Below, in pieces: positions 44,694 to 62,449 of a DNA stretch of 64,000 nucleotides. Positions within the stretch are counted from its first letter, which is position 1; each line of letters starts with the position of its first letter. The translations under genes and the position numbers were made by a program. This DNA comes from Chrysomallon squamiferum (taxonomy: Eukaryota > Animalia > Mollusca), in contig CM022672.1 in assembly GCA_012295275.1 (NCBI GenBank), positions 31,310,001 to 31,374,000 on the forward strand, given 5' to 3'. The notes below the pieces were generated by a model. It worked only from the letters and a program-made list of their open reading frames with translations. It searched no databases and had not been told where the DNA came from.

Positions 44694-44893
44694 NNNNNNN
44701 NNNNNNNNNNNNNNNNNNNNNNNNNNNNNNNNNNNNNNNNNNNNNNNNNNNNNNNNNNNNNNNNNNNNNNNNNNNNNNNNNNNNNNNNNNNNNNNNNNNN
44801 NNNNNNNNNNNNNNNNNNNNNNNNNNNNNNNNNNNNNNNNNNNNNNNNNNNNNNNNNNNNNNNNNNNNNNNNNNNNNNNNNNNNNNNNNNNNN
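44694..44893. other. Assembly gap (200 N)
   Basis: Exactly 200 N, typical of a fixed-size scaffolding gap. The true distance and the relative orientation of the flanks are unknown. Confidence 0.99.
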
Positions 44894-45009
44894 ACGTTTT
44901 ATTTTATACACATTTTAAACCGAAATAGAAAAAGTACAAATGAAGCAAGAAATAGTAAAAAATATTAAGTTTTATATACAAACTAAAAACATTAGATATA
45001 CTGAAACAA

Positions 45010-45040
<31 letters not shown>

Positions 45041-45287
45041 ATATATAAATGATAAAGCAATGAGATGTTAATATACATTTCACACGTATCTGTTTGACAC
45101 AAAACAATCCATTAGAAAATTTGAAATCAAATCAAGTGTCTATGACGTCATCACTGCTGTATGACGTCATCAGAAAAAATGTAAACAAAGAAATAAACAA
45201 ATAAATAAATCAATAAACAAATAAATAAACATAAAATTTTTAGGCCAGTGATGACTAAAAGTGACAGTGTTTAAACGATGTTGTTTT

Positions 45288-46792
45288 TTACACTAAAAAT
45301 AACAAAGCAGGTATTTGTCCTATGTCCACACATGTAAAAAGTTTTCTGTGACTGTGTTTAGATTTGTGTGAGTAAGAAAATCTACAAACAAAAGAGTCTA
45401 CAACAATTTCTGATTTACCTTCAACTCCACCCAATGAGCTTCCTCCCTTAACATTAACAAACAAGCTGTACTCAGTGTCTTTAGTAATCTTCACTGGACG
45501 TCTGAACACGACGTCATACACGTCAGACACGACGTGTTCATATCTCTCTGACAGCGTAGACCCGTCCAGTATTTCGTCTGTTCTTGTGTCAGTGACGAAG
45601 GCGCCGACGTCGTAGTTTCGTGGTTGACGGTGACCGTACAACTGAAATCCGCGAAGTAAAGCGTTTTTGTTGACAGAGAAAGTAATGGATTGATCAAAAT
45701 TACCAGAACATGGCCAGTCATCAGTTCCTGTTCTACCAAACCTGTTCATTGTAATCTGTGATTTACGAATCACTGCAGTTCTCATGTTTGAGTTAAAAGG
45801 TGAAACATCTTCATCACTCTTCACCAAGTTTTTAAAAATCATGTTTTCTTCTCTGTCACTGAGTATGTTAGTGGGTGTCACGTGCTCTACAAAATACGTC
45901 TGATCGAGTAATGGATAACGCACGTGCTTCACGGCCTCTCCCAGTGCTTCCCGCATGTTCTGTGCATTCGTCTGTCTTCCTTGCTTCTTACACGCGCTGT
46001 CAGCCCACTTCACAGCGGCTTCGAAAACATTTTTCTCGTCTGCTGTCAGTTCGTCTGATCGTACGATCTCAACCAGACATTCGTGACAAAGATCGGTGAC
46101 TTCATCCGACTTCAGAACTTCGTCGCCATTTTCCAAAATGAAGTTCAGACTTTTTTTTTTTAGATCATGTTCATCAAACAAGTGAGCTTGTTCCAGCACG
46201 ACGCACGCATTCCGTGACGACAACGACGACTCCAAATAGCGCACGCACTGATCTTCCAGTGTCGTGACGATGTACTTCCTCGATAGATACAGCAGACCGG
46301 TGACGTTGTGGCCTGTTAGGACGACGTCATCCGTATAAAGATATCTGTGTAAAAGAATGTATAGTAAGACTTCAAAACGAGAGATAATTATGGGAGATTA
46401 ATTAATTAGAAAATAATTAGATTACTAACAAAAACTGTATTGTTATCAACGTTCGTGTCGGTATGTATGTTTCGTTACTCACTATGTTCGTACCTGTGTC
46501 GCTGTGAGTGTCTGTGTGTTTCTGTGTGCGTATGCGTGTGTGTGTTTCTTTGTTAACATACTTTAAAAACTCTGTGAAAATATCAAGCACATCAGGCAGA
46601 AAATCCCATCAGCATCCTGTGGAAGACTGTACTTCGTATCATAAGGATGAACCGATGTGCATCCACAGTTTTTTCTTCTTCCCCAACAACAAATCTGACG
46701 TCGCTGTCTGTTCTCGTACGAAAAACGTGTTCAATACATTCCATCAGTTTTTTCCCTGTCTGCCAACTTGAAACTTCTGCTGCGGTGGCCAT
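45288..46792 (-). pseudogene. BTB-BACK-PHR domain protein, copy 2; BTB exon has a frameshifting deletion and premature stop, BACK-PHR exon intact
   Basis: Exon 46792-46562 reads [66 protein letters not shown]. The 28 nt of copy 1 (gaactgcgc...catgt) are replaced by 5 nt (ttttc), with a further 3-nt loss. Intron 46561-46345. Exon 46344-45288 is fully open and ends [10 protein letters not shown]. Confidence 0.85.
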
Positions 46793-46833
46793 GTTTTCAC
46801 TGTAAACAACAAATAATAAAATAATAATAATGA

Positions 46834-46880
<47 letters not shown>

Positions 46881-47029
46881 AATAATAATAATAATAATAT
46901 GGAATGGAGAGAAAGAAAAAGAAATTGTTCGGACACAGAACTGTAACAATTCTTAGGGCTAATAACAATAATAAAAACATTTAATTAATAATATTAATAA
47001 TAATAATGATGATGATGATGATGATGATG

Positions 47030-47067
<38 letters not shown>

Positions 47068-47071
47068 CATA

Positions 47072-47116
<45 letters not shown>

Positions 47117-49163
47117 CTCATACTAAATATAATTTTAACATGTTTCTCTGTACAAGTCAGAGTTCTGTTGCAGCGCCTCGCACTGCAGTGACCAGGTTTC
47201 TATATTTATATCTAGCTATGACCTGTTCACGGAAATCTTTCAAACAAACATTTTTGTAAAGAAATAATTAACCTAAGATAATTTCTAATAAGGGACTACT
47301 TTCTGTTTAAAGCCTGTACTGTTCAATACTGCGATCAGAGATCTAAAAATAAACAAAATAAAAAAAAATAATGAAAGAAAGAAAGAAAGAAAAAATCAGA
47401 TAAATATATACCGAATCGATAAAAGATAGAAAGAAGTACATTATGCTTACATTAGTGATTATGATGATGACGACAACAGCAATAATTGTTATTATAATTA
47501 TTATTATTATACACAGACATGTCTGGTCACAGTCAGGTAAGGACTATTTCACTGCGGCACAAACGATTTTCAAATCGCAATGTACATATAGTGATTTATA
47601 CACCATTTTACTTCTCGAAAACACAACATAATTAGCCGTCAATAACAAATCTAAGAAGAAACACTATATAAGAAAAGAGAATAATAAGAAAAATAAAGGA
47701 ACAAGATGTGATGTTTTTTTAAATAGAAAACAATACAAAATACCTTTAATTTCAACTTCCTGATCGACAATTTCTTATAAACGACTATTTTCTTTCTATC
47801 AACTCAACTGTAGATCACAGATATAACCGATCTAAGAATAAATGCAATAAAATAAAACAAAATAAAATAAAATATATAGCAAAAGACGTCAATATTCTTT
47901 TTTTAATAATAATAAGGGCAACAGTAGTAGAAGTAGTAGTAGTAATATCATACTAAAGACTTTAGTAAAGTCATGTTATACGTAATCTTTCATTTAAGTT
48001 TAAAGAAAACTCACACTTAAATAATCTATTTGTTGAAGAACTAACTCTGATATATTTAGTAATAAATTAAGAACACCGGAATCGTTCAAACATAATAAAA
48101 TATAAAATATCATACACTTTCAATATGGCTGACTAGTTTCACTTCTGCTTTGTAAACTTTTAGTTATCAAACCCTCCACTGATAAACACGCGACTGACGT
48201 CAAATATGTTAGACGTCACAAAGTGTCACTTTGTTAGGTTTCAGTCTCAGATTAAAATAAACAAATAGTTTTACGAGATATCTGTATACTCATCTTACAT
48301 ACATCTTCTTTACAACAGATAACTTTAATTCTAATTCAGTGGATTAAGTACTACTAGACTGCATTGTTTATACGTCAGTTATAAAGGTAATTAATACTAA
48401 TAATAATAATAATAATAACAATAACAATAACAACAACAATAACAATAGCAGCAGCAGCAACAACATCAACAGCAACAATAATAAGAAATATGTACATGTT
48501 TTATTTCTCTGACGAAACTTGCATAACCAGTATGTGAATGTAATCTAACACTGATTGTTTGCTTGTTATGTAGGTCATGTTAAAATATCGTGTTACTGGT
48601 ACACGAGCACACAAAGGTATACTCGGGTGTTATTTACAGCGATCTGACAAATTCATTGTTAATACACTATCTCTCCATAAGTGTAGAAATAACCCGTGAA
48701 AATACGAAATTATTTACATTTGTCAGCATTGTGAGAAGATAAATAATTTCAATAAAGACGATAAAAACAACCAACAAACAAACTCGTAAATAGAAAAAAA
48801 TAAAATTATATGAGATAATATTATCACATCCTCTAGTTACACCTTCCATACACCAGATCGTAAGAAACATTTTACAGTCGGGTCTAGCACATATTTTTCC
48901 ATGTTTAAAAAGCCTCACGCTATAACGGTGTTTTGTATTATGTATATCCATAGCAGCAATAATGTTTATTCTTTTTTTCTTTTCTTCTTTGTTTTCTTTC
49001 TTTTCTTTTTTTTCTTTTTTTTTCCATTGTAGATGAAAACATTTTATATATTGGTTAGCATCGGTGATAGACCAAAATGAATGTTAGATAAACAAGGAAG
49101 GAACGAATGAAGAAAGGAAGAAAGAAAGACTGAACGAAACACATGCAAAGAAATAAATAAGAA

Positions 49164-49211
<48 letters not shown>

Positions 49212-49374
49212 AATAAATAAATAAATAAAATAAGAACAATATAAAATACTTTGTAGTTTTAAAGTAGATACCTACCTGAAAAACTTCCTGATCGATAATT
49301 TCTTAGAAACGAGTAATTTTTGTTTAACAACGCTGCTATTGATCACTGAGATCAGTGATGTATAGATAAATCTA

Positions 49375-49405
<31 letters not shown>

Positions 49406-49551
49406 AATGAAATAAAGTAATATAAAGTAATCAGATCGATAAATATATAGCATAAGTAATAAATGAATCATTGAACTATGTTTAGGTGATACTATTATTA
49501 CTACTACTACTATTATTAATGGAATAATAATAATTATTATAATGACGATTG

Positions 49552-49596
<45 letters not shown>

Positions 49597-50799
49597 ATAT
49601 TTTATCGATATTTCTTATAAATCTGTATTCTAGGTACGAAAAAAAAGCCTTTAACAAAATTCACACAAAAACTGTCTTCACAAAATAGATAACAATTTCT
49701 ATATGTCTGATTTGTTTTAAGGAAAGCAATAGTACAACATATATTAAATGACAATAAAATACAAAATACCTTCAGATTTCAAAATGGCCGACTTTCTGCT
49801 TGACAAGGTCACTGAAATATTTTCTGTGTGTCGCCGTTTACTAAGTCGTCTGCTGATAATCACGTGATTGAAATCAGATATCGTACAAGTCACGTCACGG
49901 TAGATACATACACTTTGTGCAAACCTGTCATACAAAAAAAAAAAAAAAAATTATGATTTGTTATTACTTATTTTTTCTGTAAACTATTTAGCTTTATTTC
50001 TCAGTCAATATATTGATGAAAAAGTTATCGTTAACAAGTGTCTGTTACGGAGGTCAGATACAAACAGCGTGTCAGTTGTATTGGCGACAAGAAACGTTAT
50101 ACTATGATCGTGAAATATGCAATGTAATGGTGAATCAGAATACATGGGACACTCCTTTATTTGTATGTGTTATGAGTCAGAGCGATCTAAACACAGGTGT
50201 GACAAATACTACCTTTATTATATTTAGTATAACAAAAATAGCTTTGTTCAAATACTAACACTTATACTCATCATTGTGGTAATATTGTTTGTTTATTTAT
50301 TTATTTATTTATTTATTTGTTTATTTATTTACTTGTTTCACTTTTTAATATATATATTGGTATTTTTATTATTTATTTATTTTTCTTTCTTCTTTTCTTC
50401 TCTTTTATTTGACTACAAATGATACAGTATAATATATAATACAAATAAAACAAGCTAATAAAAAAGTAAAAGTAAATTAATGTGTTAAAATACAGAAGTC
50501 TCCACAACATTAGTAAAAACCACAACAACAACAACAAGAACAACAACACCAACAACAACAACACCAACAATAATAATAATAAGAAGAAGAAGAAGAAAAA
50601 GAAGAAGAAGAAGAAGAAGAAGAAGAAGAAGAAGAAAAAGAAGTAGAAGAAAAGAAGAAGAAGAATTAATATGTTTTAGAGGTATTTGTTCATATAAATA
50701 AATTAACATGTTTTAGACAAAAAATATTTGATCACATAAATAAAAGTATATATTATTGTAAGAAACATAAGAAAACAAAATAGAAAAATAGATCATAAC

Positions 50800-52225
50800 G
50801 AGAACATGCGTATTACATTTTCACTAAACATATTACAAAATTCACATTTAACTGAATCTTTTTATACGATATAATACCAAATGTTTGTTATTAAGACAAA
50901 TCATAAATTCTTGTACTGAAAGTATCTAAGCTCGGTGTTTATAGTTAGCTTCCCACCATTTGTCACAGAACTCTATACCAAATTTATGCTTTTCTCTTTT
51001 TTTCTTTTTTTTTTTTTTTTATTAATCGCCAGCAACAAGACACTATAAATATAAAATTATGGTCTTAACTTATGTTTTCTTGTCTACAAAATGGAATGCA
51101 TGAAATCCAGTTGTCGTTAGCAAAAAGAGATTTTAAAAATAAAATTCCTTTCTTTGCCACTGTCTTATAAAAAGCAGATTTATTATCAATTTTAATGCGA
51201 ACATTATATTATATCTATTGACGTAGTATTTTTATCTTGTCCCTTCTGCTTTCACATATCTCTAGAAAGTTTGACCATGTGTGTAAAACATTTTTCCAAA
51301 AGGAATTTGTGCGTTTCAACAATTTTGCTTCACTGTAGGCTGACCCTAAAACTAATGTCAGTGAAATTTTTGATTATAAACAGTTACTCAAAAGAGAGGC
51401 AATGTCTTGGCTAAAATTTATGTCTTTAATCCACTATATCTTTAACTCATTAAAAAGTAACTTAACATTTATTGCTCTTAAACAACCATTTTGATAATAG
51501 TCAAATAATGGGGCAGCGGATGTTTGTTTTTTTCTAGCTATTTTATCAGGTTTTTTATTCCAAATAAACTGAAAGAAATAGGTTTCTAATATTTTAAAGA
51601 AATAGTTTGTTGGATTTGGCAGTGAAGAAAAAAATAAACAATTTTCGATCAAACTAAACTTTTTATTGCAGTAATTTTGACAATTGTTCAAGCAGCCTTT
51701 TAACCTCATTCAACTTTGCATTTAAGTTTAATTCTTGTATTTGACACAGATCCGCGGAAAACCGTACCCGAAGTATTGTGAATTCTGTAGTCCATTTTAA
51801 TTTTTGTTTTGATCAGATTTTGTTTATGATTAATTTGGTCTTTCCCTAAGTTTATTATATTTGTTTGATGTACATTAACTTTAAGACCAGATATATCAGT
51901 AAAATATTTTGTTTCCACAGATACTTACAGAGTTTTATCAGACCAACCTAATAGCAATGTTGTGTCGTCGGCGAACTGTGAAATTTCAAAATTCATTGTC
52001 GTTTATCTCAATACCGTATATATATATATATATATGTTACTTATTTCTTACCAAGATTCCAAGACTCTCAACACACAAAATGAAAACGCAGTGAAATAAC
52101 AGATCCCCTTGTCTATATCCTGTTTCACGTTTTAAGCGTTTAGTAATTTATATATAAACACGATTCCTGTTTATTAGAAAAGGTTGATATCCATGTTTGA
52201 TTTGAAACTCCAAAGTACGAATATG
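50800..52225 (-). mobile_element. Decayed L1/Tx1-clade LINE ORF2 fragment (right-arm copy, retains the catalytic QFADD motif)
   Basis: Minus-strand translation gives EISQFADDTTLLL (QFADD at 51978-51964), YFTDISGLKVNVHQT, LPNPTNYFFKILETYFFQFIWNKKPDKIARKK...YYQNGCLRAIN and IKIDNKSAFYKTVAKKGILFLK. Multiple stops and frameshifts. Confidence 0.85.
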
Positions 52226-53868
52226 TTGGGGTTTTTTTAATAATTAATCGATGTTGTATCAAAAGCTTTTATTCAAAATATACAATTAATTAATTAGAAT
52301 AAATTCGAAACACTAAGGGGAAATAACTCAAGCTTTCTCTCTATGCAAGTGGTAAAGGAATTATCTCCCACTGTATCAGTAAACACTTTTGTTGTCTGCT
52401 AAATGAAGACTGTGAAACACGACGTGTCTTTTTACTCGATATTTACTGTGAATGGTGATCATTAAATAACAGGAGTTTTCTTCTTCTTATTACTATTATT
52501 ATTACTATTATTATTGTTGCTGTTGCTGTGGTTGTTGTTGTTGTTGTTGTTGTTGTTGTTATGATTATGATTATTACTCAGTATCTAATAGGAATTATTC
52601 TGTATGGTCTATGTTAATAAACTGTTGAAACAGAATAAAGTGTATATTGAAAAGGTTGCCCAGTAACTGAGGGTAATCACCGCTTCCCACAAAGCACGCC
52701 GTATTTTGACTTTCGTTATTTCTGTGTGTATCTGTGTTTTCCTGGAAACCTGGCAATGACAAGTGTGTATTTAAGGTTGAATATTTTATTTCTATATGAG
52801 TCGTCTGCATAATAATTAAGCAGAGTTAGAATCAGAAGGTCTTAAGTGCATATATTAATAAGATATTTTTACGTGCCTTTTCTATGTGTACATATCCGAG
52901 TGTCTGAGTATCTCTGTCTGTCTGTCTGTCTGTCTGTCTGAATAATTTTCTCTCTATTTCTGCCTCTCTCTCTCTGACCCCCTCTCTCTTTCTGTTTCTC
53001 TTTCTCTGTCTTTATTGTTTCTTTTTTTTTTATTTTTTTTTTTATTTAGAAGTATCAAGTTATTTATGTATAACTGTATATAAAAAAATTAGGACATGGT
53101 AACAGATATATTTGTTAATAAATATTCCATTGTTATAAATAGGTTTAGTATTACGGTTACATTAGGGTTAAGATCAGGGCTGGTATAAAATTTATCTTAA
53201 TATCAGTTATCTTTCAAGATTTTTTCATTTTTTATTTTTATTTTAAAATTAGGTAACCATCTAAATGGATATTTCTTTGTTATATGTTTATGAAGTTTCT
53301 GCTCTGTTTATATTTATATATTAAATTGCTTACTGTGTTGGATTATAAATTGTCAGTTTCTGTTAGCTGTCACGCTGGCTGCTTTTAACCTGTGTTTGTT
53401 TATTCATGCTGGTTTGTTGTTTAATGAGTGTTTTATTTATTTTTATTTCTGATACTAAACTTTGCCCTATGACAGTAATACAATTATCCTCATTCTTCCA
53501 TGGCTGAATCCGACTTTAATTAGTAAAAAAAAAAAAAAAAAAAAAAAAATAATAATAATAATAATAAAAATAATTCAAACTTAACTCTTGTTGAAATATT
53601 GTTGATCAAGCTGATACATTATACTTAATAAATGACTGAATTTGAATTGACTAATCACTGTCATAGTGCCTCTAAAAGCTTCCATGTGTTGATAATGACC
53701 ATATTAGGCACTGGTACCGCTATTATCACTCAAAAATGAAAAAGAAAACGAAAATAAAAGAAAGCAAAAGGAATATAATATTGGTAAATTCGGATCGTGT
53801 TTAAGATATTGAAAATATGTTATTGTAAATAAAACAGACAGTATATTAATTAATTTCACATGAAACAA

Positions 53869-53965
<97 letters not shown>

Positions 53966-54042
53966 AACAACGCAACAACAAAACAATATTATTTATTTAT
54001 ATATATATCACTGTTTGTTGTTCTGATAATTTTATTTTTTCT

Positions 54043-55707
54043 TCAGTTGTGTAAGTGATCCAGTGATTCTAGGGTCTGAAATGAAATACGTAACTTTATT
54101 TACAATATTTATTTATTTATTTAGTTAGTTAGTAAGGTGGGTTTACTTTTTTTTTTTTTTTTTTTTTTACATTTTTTGTTTAATTTGTTTACTTATTATT
54201 ATTTAATACGTATCATGAATCTAAATCATAGCAACTTCTATTTTTTTCTTTGAAGATTGTCATTTTAACAATTACTGCTATACATTTTATAAATATATGT
54301 TACACTGTGAAATACACATATACGAAAATATATATATATATTTGTATACGTGTATATTTCAGTTTAATGGTTTAGTGTTATCACTTGTAAATTTGGTTAT
54401 CTTCGATTAACGCTACTGGTCATATTTGTGCTTTTACTTACCATGGTCCAGAAATGAACAAACTCGGTTTCCGTAACTTCTCCGTCATCTGAAAGAGTTT
54501 ACGAGAAAAGCTAGCCTCGTTTTCAGTCGTCTTCAAATTATTTTTCAAAGTAAACATTTAATGGCTGTCAAACTAGAATCCTTTCACCACTAGAGCAACT
54601 CGACTGTGTGGAAAGCAGGCACAAATCTGGGTTAACCCGTACGACAGACTTAATGCTGTGAGTGCGTGTGAGAGTGTTCGTGCGCGCGCGTTTGGTTGTG
54701 CGTGTCCGAGCGCGTGTGGATGTAAATGTTATGTGAATGTGTTATAAAATAAAGCCAGTAATGTAAGCATCAATATCGTCAAATTCAATAAATAAACAAA
54801 CCGTCTGAGTCTATGAGTTTAAAGAGGTGTTCATAATCCCACAAGTCTAGATGATTGTCTTTGTCCATATCGTAAATATCGTAAAGCGCATGCGTCAGCT
54901 GATGGAGTTCTGGTAACATGTGGTCTTCGTATTCTGTGTATTCTTTTCTGGTCACTCGTTGATTACCTGGATAATTAGTTAATTAAGCAGAGATAATAAT
55001 CATAATAATGATATACTTCTAAAAAAAAAAAAAATTATTTATTTATTTTTTTTTTCAGCATTCCATCAGTGGAAATAACTCTATTTTTAGTTGTCTATTT
55101 GTTCTGGGAAGCGAGTATAAATAATAAATGCTCAGAAACAATGTACAGGTTTCACACGCGAAGACGCACGCATACGCACACATACAGACATACACAAACA
55201 TGTATGATTTTATGTATCACTCTATTTACATATGTTGTTGTTTATATTAATAATACTAATGTAATCGTAGCAGTAGTAGCCGGAGTAGCAGTATGTAGCT
55301 CTGAAGTAATAACATTAGAAGTTAAATCAGTATAGTAATAGCAGCAGTAGTAGTACTAGTACTAGTACTAGTACTTGTAGTAGTAGTAGTACGTAATACA
55401 TATAGTAGTAACAAAAGCAGTAGAAGAAATTGGCAGTTCTCGACTAATACTACTAGTATAAAAGTAGTAAATAGTAGTAATTGTAGAAGCATGTAGCACG
55501 GGAGTAGAAGTATTACTAGTAACAGTAGCACAGTAGCGGTAGTCTGACATTTTGTATTACCATCTACGTCATAATGGCGGAATGACAATTCAAGCTCAAA
55601 CTGAGTAAACACCTTGTCACCGTTGAAGTCGTAGGCTAAAAACATGTATTTGGCGTACTCGTTGTACGGTCGCAAGTTTATCCTGAAAAAAAAAAAAAAA
55701 AAAAAAA

Positions 55708-55762
<55 letters not shown>

Positions 55763-56169
55763 TAAAATAAAATAAATAAAACACTGTTATGTTATGTTGC
55801 TGCTACTGTTTTATCTTTTTATTTTTAATTGTTTTATATATTTAAGTGCTAGTCTTTTTTGCTTGATTCTTTGTTTGCTTATTAATGCATGTTTCGCTCG
55901 TGTTACGGTTATACTGACAATCAGTTAATACATATTTTGTCTGTTTGTATGTCTGCCTCAGTATTTCTGTGTGTGTCCGTGTGTCTCTATTAACATGTAT
56001 GTGTAAACATGTCTAAATCATATTCTGAAACGAGTGTGTTTGCCTGTGCGTACGTGCGTGTGTTTACGTAATCTTGTATGAGTTGTTTCTGAATATTTAT
56101 AATTTATACTCACTTTCCGAAACAAACAGACAGCTGAACGACGGCAACAAACAGTAGAAAGGTTTTCAT
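54043..56169 (-). CDS. Secreted four-EF-hand protein B (insoluble matrix shell protein 5-like), 5 exons, 140 aa
   Basis: Exons 56169-56114, 55682-55561, 54966-54802, 54488-54442 and 54075-54043, all GT-AG with consistent phases: MKTFLLFVAVVQLSVCFGKINLRPYNEYAKYMFLAYDFNGDKVFTQFELELSFRHYDVDGNQRVTRKEYTEYEDHMLPELHQLTHALYDIYDMDKDNHLDLWDYEHLFKLIDSDDDGEVTETEFVHFWTMTLESLDHLHN*. Signal peptide present, gccATG context (alternative in-frame ATG at 56181), AATAAA at 54036-54031. The family name comes from recalled similarity, not a search. Confidence 0.88.
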
Positions 56170-56230
56170 GGCTTCTTCCATTTATATTCTTTTTCTTCTT
56201 TCTTCTTTTTCTTCCAATATATTATTATTA

Positions 56231-56261
<31 letters not shown>

Positions 56262-56449
56262 TTTTTATTTTTATTTTTATTTTATTTTTTTAATTGTTTT
56301 TTTTTATATATATAAATACGTTAAATTCGAAGTAAATCTACTTACAGGCGTTTTGGTGAGTTCAGACTTTGACGTCTGCTCGTGTGTTTCACCCAGGTGT
56401 TGTCTCGCGACACTCCTCGTAGACATTTTTTTGATAACAGAAGATAATA

Positions 56450-57520
56450 AACTGAAAACTAACATCTCAAAACAACGGTCCAATTTAACTAGAGCAGACG
56501 ATAAAAGAAACAAACTAAAAACTAACATCTGAAAACCATGATCCAATGTAACCACAGCAGACGATAAAACAAACAAACTAAAAACTAAGCTTTCAAAACC
56601 ACGACCCAATGTAACCACAGCAGACGATAAAACAAACAAACTAAAAACTTAAAACTAACATCTCAAAACCACGATCCAATGTAACCACAGCAGACGATAA
56701 AAGAAACAAACTAAAAACTAACATCTCAAAAACCACAATCCAGTATAACCACAGCAGACGATAAAACAAACTAAAAACTAACATCTCAAAACCACGATCC
56801 AATGTAACCACAGCAGACGATAAAACAAACTAAAAACTAACATCTCAAAACCACAATCCAGTATAACCACAGCAGACGATAAAACAAACTAAAAACTAAC
56901 ATCTCAAAACCACGATCCAATGTAACCACAGCAGACGATAAAACAAACTAAAAACTAACATCTCAAAACCACGATCCAATGTAACCACAGCAGACGATAA
57001 AACAAACTAAAAACTAACATCTCAAAACCACGATCCAATGTAACCACAGCAGACGATAAAACAATCAAACTAAAAACTAACATCTCAAAACCACGACCCA
57101 ATGTAACCACAGCAGACGATAAAACAAACTAAAAACTAACATCTCAAAACCACGATCCAATGTAACCAGAACAGACGATAAAACAAACAAACTAAAAACT
57201 AACATCTCAAAACCACGATCCAATGTAACCACAGCAGACGATAAAACAAACAATCTAAAAACTAACATCTCAAAACCACGACCCAATGTAACCACAGCAG
57301 ACGATAAAACAAACAAACTAAAAACTAAGCTTTCAAAACCACGACCCAATGTAACCACAGCAGACGATAAAACAAACAAACTAAAAACTAAGCTTTCAAA
57401 ACCACGATCCAATGTACCCACAGCAGACGATAAAACAATCAAACTAAAAACTAACATCTCAAAACCACGATCCAGTGTAACCACAGCAGACGATAAAACA
57501 ATCAAACTAAAAACTAACAT
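56450..57520. repeat. Minisatellite, 59/63-bp unit, ~18 copies, between the two EF-hand genes
   Basis: aaaacaaactaaaaactaacatctcaaaaccacgatccaatgtaaccacagcagacgat has period 59 (56881->56940). Some units carry an extra aaac. Confidence 0.93.
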
Positions 57521-57909
57521 GGACCCACTGTAAAAAGTAGAGGTTAACAGAAACAAAGTAAATAGTGAGATCTCGAAACCGCTACCAAGATTAAACATCA
57601 TCATCACTGTGTTCCTTCCTTTCGCCATATATACACGCATACACAAACACGCGCGCACACACGTACATACACAAATAGACATAGACATGCTCACACACAG
57701 AAATATATACAAACTCACAGACACACAGAGAGTCTCAACCACATACAGACATTTTAAAAATAATTTAACTGTATTGTAAAATGTAATATATACAAAAATA
57801 ATATTTATAAACTTTTATTTTCGTCTTTGCTGAGTGAATTGAGAAGACAATTACAGACTTCAGTGTGTTATTACTTTATTTCCCACTGCAGTGTGACATT
57901 CTGCACGTG

Positions 57910-61536
<3,627 letters not shown>

Positions 61537-62272
61537 ATCAGATACGTTAGCTAACTGAACACAAGTCAAAGTTTTATATTTAGTTTCAGTGATAAGAATC
61601 TGCAGATAAAAAATTATTTTTTTTTTTAATTTTTTTTTTTAGATTTATCACAACAGCAGGTCAGTTGTCGAGACGTATGTGAATGTATTCTTTCTTTTTT
61701 ATTATTATTATTATTTTTATTTATTTACTTTTTTTTACCTTTTTGTTTTCTTCCCCTTTTTGTTTTATTGTTATTTTTGTTCTTCTTTAAATTAAAGAAC
61801 AAAATACAGGAAAAAAAAAATAATATAAGCTATAAAAATATTTTTATATAATTTTATTTATTTATTTTCTGATCTTGACTCGTTTATGTATGTATTTATT
61901 TATTTATTTATAAAGGTATCTCTCACTTCAAAATAACTAGAACTAAAAATTATTGCAAAATTATACACGCTACTCCAGTAAGTATATACGAACTGATTTA
62001 TCGAGACAATTCTGACCACCTTGTTACGTGTTCCCGCGTACATGTCCCAGTTCGAAGCTGTTAATTAAGTAAAGAAAATCTGTGGAGATCTTTTGATAAA
62101 ATATCTTAGCATAATTATAGGTTGTATATTAGAATTGATTATTATATTCAAGTATAAATAAACACGTTAATTTTGATTGCTAGAAAAATCAATATATTAG
62201 TGAAACGACGCCGCCTGCTTTTGTTGTTATTATTTGTGAAATGTTTAAAAATAAATAAATAAATAAATATAA

Positions 62273-62308
<36 letters not shown>

Positions 62309-62410
62309 TAAACGATAAAAAGAATTCAGTTGTATCTAGCGTCCTCGGAGTATTCTAAACATCATTATGAGGTCACTGACCTTTGATCAGCTTGTTATCT
62401 TTATTAACCT

Positions 62411-62449
<39 letters not shown>

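Larger units (their letters stand above)
44894..52880 (-). repeat. Right arm of the inverted segmental duplication (partner ~13240-21483)
   Basis: Reverse complement is colinear with the left arm. Homology continues right up to the gap at 44894, so the inner breakpoint is not visible. Confidence 0.93.

Noticed and set aside
56304-57742. Hydrophobic repeat ORFs (LVFSLFVLSSAVVTLDRGFEM) resembling a multi-pass membrane protein
   Set aside because: Translation of the 63-bp VNTR variant. The frame is lost at 59-bp units and there is no splice or start context.
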